Assembly: GCA_050115495.1 (NCBI GenBank)
Contig: JASFQK010000030.1
Location: 21,255-85,254, forward strand
DNA from: Phycisphaerae bacterium
Lineage (GTDB): Bacteria; Planctomycetota; Phycisphaerae; UBA1845; Fen-1342
DNA length: 64,000 nucleotides
Direction of reading: 5' to 3'
Position numbers and translations under genes: made by a program. The notes under the pieces are model-generated. The model saw only the letters and a program-made list of their open reading frames with translations. It did no database searches and was not told the origin of the DNA. Positions 1 to 8,128 of the stretch are shown here, piece after piece; within the stretch, counting starts at the first letter, position 1, and each line of letters begins with the position of its first letter.

Positions 1-360
1 GCGTTCGAGCAGAGGGTGTTGGAGGGAGAGGATGAACCGGCGCTCGGCGACGCCTCGCACGAACCCTCGCCGTTCGGAGAGGACGATTCGACAGTGGAGT
101 CGGCCGAGGCGGACGAGCAGACGGAGAGCCAGCCGACGTCGGCCGCCAGCGCCGACGACGAGCCCCTCACAGCCACCGAGATCCTGTTGGTGCTGGCCTC
201 GGTGATCATGCTGATGTTTGTTCTGCCCGTTATCCTCGCCATCGAATCGCCGTCCGTGATCCTGTTCGTGGGCATCGCCCTGTGGGAAGCCTGGAGAATC
301 AACAAACGTCGCCCGCCCGACGTCAACGGGCCGTATCCCGTCGGCGAAGGTCCTCGGTAG
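1..360 (+). CDS. 3' part of a hypothetical membrane protein (probably begins before the window)
   Basis: Acidic linker, then two hydrophobic segments and ALWEAWRINKR; stop at 358-360; start not established. Confidence 0.6.
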   Translation, partial: AFEQRVLEGEDEPALGDASHEPSPFGEDDSTVESAEADEQTESQPTSAASADDEPLTATEILLVLASVIMLMFVLPVILAIESPSVILFVGIALWEAWRINKRRPPDVNGPYPVGEGPR

Positions 361-539
361 ACTCGCAAACGAGAGAAACTCGACGGCGATGCGTTCGTCA
401 TCGGCGCTTCCGTACCGGAAGCTCGATTGAACACATCTCTCGTCGGTGCACTCACCAGTTGAAGTCAACCGCGCGGCTCCTGGGTCCCCTTGGCCTGGTG
501 CACGCATCGTTCTTACGTGGAGACGTTCCCGTACTGACG

Positions 540-1196
540 CTACTTCAACGGCGTTGACCACGCGAGCTGCCGCCAGGGGCTTTCCGCCTGGGTCAACAGC
601 CACTTCACCCCCTCGGCAACGTCCGGACGGGAGTCGACGCCCTTCAACCAGTAGACGGCGCCAAGCGCGAAGTTCCGCCCCAGTTCATCCCAGGAGCGAT
701 AGGCCCCTTGTATCCGCTCGGCAACCCGCAGGATGAGCGGCCAGGATTCCGCCTCACGGAGGTACTCGGCCGTGACACCGAAACGAACCACATCGATCAG
801 ACGCGCCAGGTCCCAGGCAACGATATGGCCATCCTTGAACTCGTCCAGGTTGACCCACACGAAGTGCGCCTGCTGCATGGCCTCGGCCGAGAGGTCCTGC
901 ACGAGAGTCTCGAATCCGTCCTGTTCGAGCCCACACAATTGCCGATGAAGTACGGAGAAATGAGCGTTGTGGCCTTCGTTCTCCAGCCAATCAATCTGGC
1001 GAAGGCAGCCCTCTCGGTTGTGCGCACCCCACCATTCCGCCAGGGAGGTCCGCGCCTCTTGCGCGTCGAAGACGCACCGCGGCAGACAGTCCAGCCTGTC
1101 GCCGTGAGGCACCGCACAACACGCGCCCGCGGCGAGCGCCCAGCGCTGCGGCAGAGACAGCTTCCCCCCACCCCAGAATCGGCCCCAGTTCACCAT
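540..1196 (-). CDS. DUF1266-like protein
   Basis: 218 aa with LAEWWG...WLENEGH, AWDLARLIDVVRFG and YRSWDELGRNFALG motifs typical of DUF1266. Confidence 0.75.
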   Translation of the reverse strand: MVNWGRFWGGGKLSLPQRWALAAGACCAVPHGDRLDCLPRCVFDAQEARTSLAEWWGAHNREGCLRQIDWLENEGHNAHFSVLHRQLCGLEQDGFETLVQDLSAEAMQQAHFVWVNLDEFKDGHIVAWDLARLIDVVRFGVTAEYLREAESWPLILRVAERIQGAYRSWDELGRNFALGAVYWLKGVDSRPDVAEGVKWLLTQAESPWRQLAWSTPLK

Positions 1197-1576
1197 GTCA
1201 GAAGGCTCCTCCGTGCCGGACCGGCGCGCCCCATACGAATCGAGAGATGTGGCCCCGGCGCGACGTTGGTCGGTAATCCCTCTTCCGCTGCATGTAGCTT
1301 ACTGCCGCAACGCGGGTCGGCAAGCACAAGTGCCGCCTGACTCACGTGACACGCCCAGCGAGTCCCGTTCTGCAGGCAGACTCGAACTCCACAGCGATAT
1401 ACACACTCACGCCAGTCGCGCTGGAGATAGACCCACATCGTGGGCTGGAACGACCGGTGCGGCGCGCTGTATCCTATGATGGGAAGTGGGCCGCCTGCCC
1501 GCACGTCGAGGCCCGCGATTCTAACCAGCGGCGGACGCGAGCGGGCGGCGAGCCGTTTGCCGACGAGCACAACGAC

Positions 1577-2071
1577 ATGGAACCGACACCCGAACTGTCG
1601 TCTTTCTACGCACTCCAACCAAACACGCTGACCTCTGACCGTCTGTACCGCATCTTCATCACGCGGCAGGCGATCTGCGGGGCCTGGGTCGCTGGTCAGT
1701 TCCACAGCCGGGAATCAGCACAGCAGGTCCTGGTCGTCACGCTCGGCCTGCTGAGCTTCCTGGCCAGGCCGCTGGTCAACCGCTGGCTGCGCAAGCGAGA
1801 GGAGCGCGAGCAGTTCTACGATGCGCTCGACCCCGACGGCGCCGAGTTCCTCGAAGCCGACAAACGCAACTTCCGCCTGCTTCCGATGGACATCGACGGC
1901 GTGACCATCACGCAGAAGAAAAAGTTCTCCGGGCACGGCGTGCGCGGCCCCCGGCTCACGATCACCCGCTCGGACGGAAAGGCGCTCAAGCTGGTCGTCC
2001 TCCCGGAACATGAACCCCAGATCGTGCACACCGCCCTCTGCCGGCTTATACCCGGTGCCGAACTGGTCTGA
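1577..2071 (+). CDS. Hypothetical membrane-anchored protein
   Basis: GC3-rich coding-like frame from ATG 1577 (MEPTPELSSF) with one hydrophobic segment; the ORF track extends it to 1346. Confidence 0.6.
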   Translation: MEPTPELSSFYALQPNTLTSDRLYRIFITRQAICGAWVAGQFHSRESAQQVLVVTLGLLSFLARPLVNRWLRKREEREQFYDALDPDGAEFLEADKRNFRLLPMDIDGVTITQKKKFSGHGVRGPRLTITRSDGKALKLVVLPEHEPQIVHTALCRLIPGAELV

Positions 2072-2082
2072 GGATGGCGCCG

Positions 2083-2188
2083 TCAGGCGCGGCTGGGCAG
2101 CGGGACGTCCACCAGCAACGCCGCCGGAACGGGCGGAAACGCCAGCCGCACGCGGTAGCAGTCACAGTCCGCCGTCCTCCAGCCGAGG
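2083..2188 (-). repeat. Duplicated 3' end of the gene at 6610-7851 (gene remnant / att-like direct repeat)
   Basis: 2096-2188 matches 6623-6715 at 88/93 nt. It encodes LGWRTADCDCYRVRLAFPPVPAALLVDVPLPSRA* versus LGWKTADFDCYRVRLAFPPVPAALLVDVPLPTRT*, with the stop at the equivalent position. Confidence 0.95.
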
Positions 2189-2215
2189 ACGTGAAACTCA
2201 CGCCGTCTACCGGCC
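2188..2215 (-). promoter_or_regulatory. Candidate bacterial SECIS element after the SEC-C gene TGA
   Basis: TGA, an 11-nt spacer (GGCCGGTAGAC), then a 17-nt hairpin GGCGTGA-GTT-TCACGTC with G first in the loop. Confidence 0.55.
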
Positions 2216-2389
2216 TCATATGGGTCCTGTGCAAATGTCGCTCTCGCGTTGCGCGAAATACTTGCGGTCCTCCTCGTAGTGACACTTCTTGTATTTCTTC
2301 CCGCTGCCGCACCAGCAGGGGTCGTTGCGATCGAGCTTCCTTGCCGCTTCCGGCGGCCGTGGCCGAAAGAACCTGTCCCAGAATCCCAT
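2216..2389 (-). CDS. Small SEC-C (Zn-binding) motif protein, 57 aa; possible selenoprotein extending to 2207
   Basis: Not in the ORF track. Hand translation: MGFWDRFFRPRPPEAARKLDRNDPCWCGSGKKYKKCHYEEDRKYFAQRESDICTGPI*(TGA)GR*(TAG). SEC-C motif RNDPCWCGSGKKYKKCH; RBS AGGAGAGG upstream. Confidence 0.9.
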   Translation of the reverse strand: MGFWDRFFRPRPPEAARKLDRNDPCWCGSGKKYKKCHYEEDRKYFAQRESDICTGPI

Positions 2390-2511
2390 CCGTACCTCTC
2401 CTGTCGTCGGTTTGCACTCACTCGCCTGTAATCAGGGTTGTCCGTGGTCCGTTGCACCCGAACTGGCCTGTGTCTGACCACCAGGCATCAGGCCGGGGAG
2501 CCACACTCGAC

Positions 2512-2874
2512 TCAGGGCTCTTCCACACCAAGAACGTCGCGAATAGCCTGCTTGATCGTTCCCTTGGGCAATGCCCCGGTCACCATCTGAGGCTTGCCAC
2601 TGCTTGGCACAAAGAGCATCGTCGGAATGCTCCGGATGCCGAACACGGCGGCCAGCTCGCGCTCAACACCTGTATCCACCTTGTAGATGCGGATTTTCCC
2701 GTCGTATTCCTGGACCAACTCGTCCAGGACGGGCGCCAGGACCTTGCACGGCGCGCACCAGTCCGCGTAGAAATCGACGATGCATGGCACGTCACCCTCA
2801 AACCGCCATTCCCTGTTCTGTTCGAAATTGAAGACTTTCTGCAGGAATTCCGCCTTGTTCAGATGTTGCGTCAT
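2512..2874 (-). CDS. trxA: Thioredoxin (core domain)
   Basis: IVDFYADWCAPCK active site and GIRSIPTM cis-Pro loop. Confidence 0.95.
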   Translation of the reverse strand: MTQHLNKAEFLQKVFNFEQNREWRFEGDVPCIVDFYADWCAPCKVLAPVLDELVQEYDGKIRIYKVDTGVERELAAVFGIRSIPTMLFVPSSGKPQMVTGALPKGTIKQAIRDVLGVEEP

Positions 2875-3105
2875 GATGACCTCACGTGAATCAGTGGAAC
2901 CACTCGCGCCCTCGGTGCTGCGGAGCGACGAGACTTCGACGTTGTTGGTGCACTCGACCGAGCCGGCGCGTTCCCCTCACACCGGGCCCTCCCGAAGTTG
3001 GGTCAGGGCAAGAGCGGCAACCAACATGACCGGAACCAGGGCGGGAGCCGCCAGCAGGCGCCTGAGCAAGGAACGGTTCGCGGCGCGTTTCGTGCTGGAC
3101 TGCAA
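2875..3105 (-). other. Candidate selenocysteine-containing N-terminal extension of the thioredoxin (TTG start at 3105, in-frame TGA at 2977-2979)
   Basis: RBS AGGAG + TTG gives MQSSTKRAANRSLLRRLLAAPALVPVMLVAALALTQLREGPV-TGA-GERAGSVECTNN...REVI, in frame with the trx ATG with no other stop. A GCTC-GGTC-GAGT hairpin follows the TGA. Confidence 0.5.
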
Positions 3106-3246
3106 CGTTGTCTCCTGGCGTTTCGCTTCGCGTTCCTGTGCCTGAGCCGGAATGCCTGTCCGGGTCGTGCGAAGCTCGGCCCGGTTCGGGCTTCAACCAA
3201 TGATCAAGGTCACGACGGTGACCGCCGAGTTCCACGGAAGCGCACG

Positions 3247-4602
3247 TCACGCTTGCGCGGCGAGGAGTCCGAGCGCCTCCTCGCAAGCCTCCACGATAGC
3301 GTTGCGCGCGGGGAAGAAACTCTGCCAGGGTTGGGCGCTGTAGCTGAGCCTGGCAAGCTGTTCCAGCGTCAGGCCCTGCTGAATCGCCAGAGTGATCGTG
3401 TCCACCTTGTCGGTCGTGGGGGTTTCGCTGAGAACCTGCCCGCCGAGGACACGTTCGGATTGTGCGTCAGCAACGATCTTGACTTTCAGTTTGGTGGCAC
3501 CTGGCATCATGGGGAACAGGCTGGTCGTTGAGCCGTGGCCGCCCACCACCTCGAAGCCGCGTTGCCGCGCAAGCTCCTCGGTAAAGCCGGTAGCGCCCAC
3601 GCGATACTGGAAGGCGCACGTGGCAGCGCCGTTCAGGAAGCCCAGGTATTCGTCGGCAATCCCGGCGACGTTGCGGGCAGCCACTTTCGCCATGGGAACG
3701 GCATTGGTGGCCAGCTTCCCACCGACCGGCTTGCCATCGATGGCGGAATGGAAATGGCAATTGTCGCCGGCCGCGTACACGTCGGGGAGGCTGGTACGCA
3801 TGCGTGCATCGACGACAATCCCATCACGCTCAACTGCGAGCTTCGGGTGCTCAAACAGGCCGACGTCGGGCTTCATGCCTACACTGAGACAGACGAAGTC
3901 TCTTTCCGGGTCAATGTCGATTGTGTCACCGTTGGTCAGTCTGACCTGGCAGACCTGCTTCTCGACGGTCTCCATCTTCTCGACGCCGACGCCCAGTCTG
4001 AGATGGATGCCCTTCTCGACGAGAACGTCGTGCAGGGGCATCGCCATGTCTTCGTCGATCATGTTCGGCAGAACGTGGTTGGCGATATCGACGAGGTGCG
4101 TGTCGAGCCCCTTCTGTCGGTAGGCTTGGGCCTGCTCGATGCCGATGGCGCCGGCGCCGATTACTGCTACTCTCCTGGCCCGTGCCTGGACGCGGCCAAT
4201 CAGGGCGAGCATGTCGCCTTGGGTCTTTATGGTGAAGACGTTCCGGGCGGTCGCGCCGGGGATTGAAGGTCTGACCGGGACGGCGCCCGTTGCGAGGAAG
4301 AGTGTCTTGTAGCGAAAGACGGTTCCATCCGAGCCGGTCACCTCCTTGTCATCGAAGTTGACGTTGACGGCGTGAGTACGTACGAGGTTGACACCGACGT
4401 CGGTGACAAGCGAGTCCTTCTTGTACACCCTCTCGTGTTCGAAGAGCCCCTCAATCGCGTAGGGGATAGCGCAGTAAACCATCGAGTGCTCTTCCGGCCT
4501 GAGCATCGTGATGCTGGTCTCTAGCCGCAGCTTCCTGAGGGTCCGGCTGAACGTGATTCCGGCTGGTCCGCCGCCGATCACGAGTACATCTGACGTTACC
4601 AT
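3247..4602 (-). CDS. FAD-dependent pyridine nucleotide-disulfide oxidoreductase (NADH oxidase / CoA-disulfide reductase family)
   Basis: GGGPAG FAD motif, single redox Cys in YCAIPY, GAGAIG NAD(P) motif, TSLPDVYAAGD, C-terminal dimerisation domain. Confidence 0.9.
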   Translation of the reverse strand: MVTSDVLVIGGGPAGITFSRTLRKLRLETSITMLRPEEHSMVYCAIPYAIEGLFEHERVYKKDSLVTDVGVNLVRTHAVNVNFDDKEVTGSDGTVFRYKTLFLATGAVPVRPSIPGATARNVFTIKTQGDMLALIGRVQARARRVAVIGAGAIGIEQAQAYRQKGLDTHLVDIANHVLPNMIDEDMAMPLHDVLVEKGIHLRLGVGVEKMETVEKQVCQVRLTNGDTIDIDPERDFVCLSVGMKPDVGLFEHPKLAVERDGIVVDARMRTSLPDVYAAGDNCHFHSAIDGKPVGGKLATNAVPMAKVAARNVAGIADEYLGFLNGAATCAFQYRVGATGFTEELARQRGFEVVGGHGSTTSLFPMMPGATKLKVKIVADAQSERVLGGQVLSETPTTDKVDTITLAIQQGLTLEQLARLSYSAQPWQSFFPARNAIVEACEEALGLLAAQA

Positions 4603-4682
4603 CTGCGGAAAGCTCCCTGCTCGTCTGTACGGGTGTCGCCGTCGCTAAAGCGTCCGCCGCGAGCACACTACGCAGCCTGTTC

Positions 4683-4698
4683 TGCAATGCGCGCGCCG
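4683..4698 (-). promoter_or_regulatory. Sigma-54 (-24/-12) promoter for the oxidoreductase-trx-SEC-C operon
   Basis: Minus strand reads CGGCGCGCGCATTGCA (GG-N10-GC with TTGCA), about 80 nt upstream of the 4602 start and just downstream of a sigma-54 activator gene. Confidence 0.7.
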
Positions 4699-4739
4699 AG
4701 CTCGCAGCCTTCGCCGCGAGGTGGATGTAAACATTTAGT

Positions 4740-4752
4740 AATCAGTGAGTTA
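4740..4752. promoter_or_regulatory. IHF-like site
   Basis: AATCAGTGAGTTA is close to WATCAANNNNTTR, in an AT-rich patch between the putative UAS and the sigma-54 promoter. Confidence 0.5.
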
Positions 4753-4817
4753 CAGCAGAGGCCGCACCGCGAGAGCACGGCTGGGCCGGTCGCGCAACGT
4801 ACGACTACGCGGCGGAT

Positions 4818-4833
4818 TGAACAGAAGTGTTCA
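4818..4833. promoter_or_regulatory. Palindromic upstream activator sequence (putative binding site of the adjacent sigma-54 activator)
   Basis: TGAACA-GAAG-TGTTCA perfect dyad; near-identical TAGACAGAAGTGTTCA at 6333-6348. Confidence 0.6.
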
Positions 4834-4899
4834 CACCGCAGGCTCAACCCTCGGGTCTTATGTCGTAACGATCGCGGAGAATGCTGCCCGGTAGGACGA

Positions 4900-6276
4900 C
4901 TACTCGCGCGGTTCGTGGATTCCGAACTCCGACATCCGTTTGTACAGCGTGGTTCTGCTAATGCCAAGTCGGCGAGCCGCCTTGGCGATGTTCCAGCCTG
5001 CCGCTGCCAGGACCTCTCGCACTCGTTCGGGCAATACGTCCGACCGGCCGCGCGCTCGTGACGAAGCCGGTGGGTCCTTGGCCAGCGGCTCCGCAACGAG
5101 GCCTTCGCGCCGCAGCAGTTCGGGCGGCAGGTGCCTGGGACGAATGAGGCCCCGGCGCGCTTTGACGAACGCATACTCGATAGCGTTCTCCAGTTCGCGC
5201 ACGTTGCCCGGCCAGGGGTGATCGAGCACAAGCGCCAAAGCGTCTTCGTCGAGCCCGTCGATCTCTCTCCCGGTGCGTTCGCGGAACCTCTCGACGAAAT
5301 GCTGGGCCAAAAGCGGGATATCAGCGCGCCGTTCACTGAGCTTCGGCAGCCGGATCGGCACAACCCGCAGGCGGTAGTACAAGTCCTGTCGGAAGTCGCC
5401 GGAGGATACCAACTCCATGAGCGGCCGGTTGGTCGCGGCGATCACTCGAATGTCGACCGCGATCGGCCGCTCGTCCCCCACGCGCTCGATCGTTCGCTCT
5501 TGAAGCACGCGCAACAGCTTGATCTGAATGTTGGCGGATATATCGCCGATCTCATCGAGGAAGATCGTGCCGCCGGACGCCGTTTCGAAGCGGCCTCGCT
5601 TGTCGCGGGAAGCTCCTGTAAACGCACCGCGGGTGTGTCCGAACAACTCGCTTTCGAGCAGGCTCTCCGACAGAGCGGAGCAGTTCACGGGCACGAACGG
5701 CCCGGCGCCTCTGGGGCCCAAATGGTGAATGGCGCGCGCAACCAGCTCCTTGCCCGTACCGGTGTCCCCCTCGACCAGAACCGTCGCGTTCGAATCCGCG
5801 ACCTCCTCGACCAGCTCGAACACGTCCTGGATCGCCTTGCTCTTGCCCATGATGTTGTGAAGCCGATAGCGCTCGCCGAGGTCACGCCGCAGGCTGACCA
5901 ACTCGGTCACGTCACGGAAGATCACGACGCCGCCCCTTGCTTCCCGCTCACCTTCGCGAAAAACGACGCTGCGCATCGCGAAGACCCTTCGTTGCCCGGC
6001 GTGCGTTTCGACGGTCACCTCGTCGAAGTGGGTCGGTTGCCTCTTGGCGATCGACTCCCTCAGACGGGATCCCGGGGCGCAGATCTCCTCGCCGAGGAGG
6101 CAGGGGCATCCGTGGCTCAACGCTTCCGCTTTGGAGATCTCCAGGAGCCGGCAGGCAGCGCTGTTGATACCGATCACGTTGCCGTGGTCGTCGAGCGTGA
6201 CGATGCCCTCGTCGAGGCTGTCAAGGACCGCCTCGAACTCAGCACCGTCCAGTACGTGGTGCCTCGGCCGGGCCAT
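4900..6276 (-). CDS. PAS-domain sigma-54-dependent Fis-family transcriptional activator
   Basis: PAS N-terminus, GDTGTGKE Walker [24 protein letters not shown], Fis HTH ([15 protein letters not shown]). Confidence 0.95.
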   Translation of the reverse strand: MARPRHHVLDGAEFEAVLDSLDEGIVTLDDHGNVIGINSAACRLLEISKAEALSHGCPCLLGEEICAPGSRLRESIAKRQPTHFDEVTVETHAGQRRVFAMRSVVFREGEREARGGVVIFRDVTELVSLRRDLGERYRLHNIMGKSKAIQDVFELVEEVADSNATVLVEGDTGTGKELVARAIHHLGPRGAGPFVPVNCSALSESLLESELFGHTRGAFTGASRDKRGRFETASGGTIFLDEIGDISANIQIKLLRVLQERTIERVGDERPIAVDIRVIAATNRPLMELVSSGDFRQDLYYRLRVVPIRLPKLSERRADIPLLAQHFVERFRERTGREIDGLDEDALALVLDHPWPGNVRELENAIEYAFVKARRGLIRPRHLPPELLRREGLVAEPLAKDPPASSRARGRSDVLPERVREVLAAAGWNIAKAARRLGISRTTLYKRMSEFGIHEPRE

Positions 6277-6332
6277 AGCATCCGCACTCGGTTCTCCGGG
6301 TGAGGTCAGAAGCGCTTCACCCGGCAGGAGTG

Positions 6333-6357
6333 TAGACAGAAGTGTTCAGGTTGAACA
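6333..6357. promoter_or_regulatory. Second copy of the activator-box motif upstream of the activator gene (possible autoregulation)
   Basis: TAGACAGAAGTGTTCA overlapping TGTTCAGGTTGAACA. Confidence 0.5.
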
Positions 6358-6609
6358 GAACGCAGAACGACGTGCTCCTCCTGGTCTCACCCGGCCACTA
6401 TGAGTCGGTTCGCGACAACCTGCTTAACAGCAATGTGTTACAGCGATTCCGCCAACCGCCTGCCTCAGCGCGTAACACGGGCCTCAACATCACGCGGCCG
6501 ACTGGCCAGGCGCCGCAGCTGACCGTCGTCCCGGGGCAGGCCCGCCGGCAATCCATGACGCGGCGTGCCGGCTCGTGCCCGGGACGGGATTGCTCTGAAG
6601 GCGGCGGCA

Positions 6610-7851
6610 TTACGTGCGGGTCGGCAGCGGGACGTCCACCAGCAACGCCGCCGGAACGGGCGGAAAGGCCAGACGCACGCGGTAGCAGTCGAAGTCCGCC
6701 GTCTTCCAGCCGAGGCGCTCGCAGCAGTAGCTGATCAGCTCGCGGTAGCGGCCCATCTCGCGAATCGGTGGAACGTCCGGCCGGCACGATAGCCGCTCCA
6801 CGCGTGCCGCGATTGGCAGCAGATCAGCCTCCGTGTAGTGCGTCCCCAGGTTCTCCGTGAACATGTCGCTCGCCAGCCGCAATCCCGGCGAGATCTCCCC
6901 AAACAACTCCCGGTTCAGAAATACGTCCATCACGACGAGCTTGGCCGGCGTCCGCAGCGGAGCCTTCGTGCCCAACCCGCCGTGCCGCTCGTCCGGATAG
7001 CACGGCTCCGCCCGGCGGATGACCTCGCCGGTGAGGCACGTCACCGACTGCGCTTTGCTGACGCCCGACTCGGCGAGCACGTTGTCGATGATGCCGAACG
7101 GGCCGACGCAGCGCCGCACGGTCGGCAGCGGTTGTGAGCAGAACCCGGTCACCAACGGCACATCGAGCTGCGCCGCCCCCGGATCGATCGGCTCTCGCGG
7201 AAACTCACCGCGCACCTCGCCGGCGTCGTCGATCGTGTAGAAACGCGAGATGCGCCAGGGGACCTGCGGCCGCACGCGTCGCAGGTCGACGAAGCCGCGA
7301 ATCACGGCGGCGTCGATCGTCTCGCCGTCGCCGGACGGTTGGATCAGGTAGGTGTGCACCTGCATGCGGGCCTGGACGCCCCAGATGTAGCTGTTCGCTT
7401 CGTAGGCGGTCTTGCGCTGCTCCAGCCCGACGTCGATGTCCGCCGCACGGGTGTGCCCGTTGACTATCATGTCGAACAGCTTGCGGCTGCCCGCTTCCGA
7501 CTGCATGAACGCCTGGAGATCCGCGAACGCCCGGCGGGCCTCGTCGACAGCGGGGCGTGGGGCCTTGCCTCGGGCCGCAGCCCGCAGGAACAGCCGAATC
7601 CCGCGTTCGCCCGGCACGTACTTCATGGCCCGTAGCGGATCCCTGGGCTCGAGGACTTTCACGAACTTCCACGCCAGCCGGGAATCGACGCCGATGGACT
7701 GCACCAGGTCCGCCGCCCGCACGTCGTGATGCCCGACTAGCGAGGCGATGACCTCGGCGAGAGCGGCCCGCACGCGGGAGAGCACTTCGCGGGCCTTGGC
7801 CTCAAATGGGGAGAGGTTGGCGGCGTTGGCATTATCGACTGTCGTGGGCAT
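6610..7851 (-). CDS. Uncharacterised ~410-aa protein with N-terminal HTH-like segment (paralog of 22112-23326)
   Basis: Long GC3-rich ORF with RAADLVQSIGVDSRLAWK. ATG 7851 is preceded by TACAAT-N6 (leaderless-type start). Confidence 0.8.
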   Translation of the reverse strand: MPTTVDNANAANLSPFEAKAREVLSRVRAALAEVIASLVGHHDVRAADLVQSIGVDSRLAWKFVKVLEPRDPLRAMKYVPGERGIRLFLRAAARGKAPRPAVDEARRAFADLQAFMQSEAGSRKLFDMIVNGHTRAADIDVGLEQRKTAYEANSYIWGVQARMQVHTYLIQPSGDGETIDAAVIRGFVDLRRVRPQVPWRISRFYTIDDAGEVRGEFPREPIDPGAAQLDVPLVTGFCSQPLPTVRRCVGPFGIIDNVLAESGVSKAQSVTCLTGEVIRRAEPCYPDERHGGLGTKAPLRTPAKLVVMDVFLNRELFGEISPGLRLASDMFTENLGTHYTEADLLPIAARVERLSCRPDVPPIREMGRYRELISYCCERLGWKTADFDCYRVRLAFPPVPAALLVDVPLPTRT

Positions 7852-8128
7852 GTGAAGATTGTACCCGCGAACAGGCCGAAACACAAGGGCGTATTAACAC
7901 TCATGGTAGCATCATAAATCAATTGTTTTCAGGTTGTTACGTTATATCAAAGAGATTCTCTGGACATTACCTTTGGAGATGATTATGATCGGCTCTTAAC
8001 GAGCCGCGCGCCGCGTGAACCGTAGTTCGGCCGGCGACCTCCACAGCGCCTGCGGACGCGCGCCACATCGAACGGAGGAGTGTCAGTACCCGCTCGTAGC
8101 GGGTTCCGGCCGACCGAGGAGGAGCGTC

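Noticed and set aside
2083..2481. 132-aa minus-strand ORF ending in the paralog's C-terminal peptide
   Set aside because: Only the last ~35 codons are homologous; the rest overlaps the real SEC-C gene in another frame.
3190..3249. TGA stop of the flavoprotein as a third selenocysteine codon
   Set aside because: It falls at the normal family C-terminus, lacks the GPx context and has no hairpin at comparable spacing.
6400..6600. Divergent sigma-54 promoter served by the 6333-6357 boxes
   Set aside because: No GG-N10-GC element with a TTGC-like -12 was found, and no plausible plus-strand gene follows.
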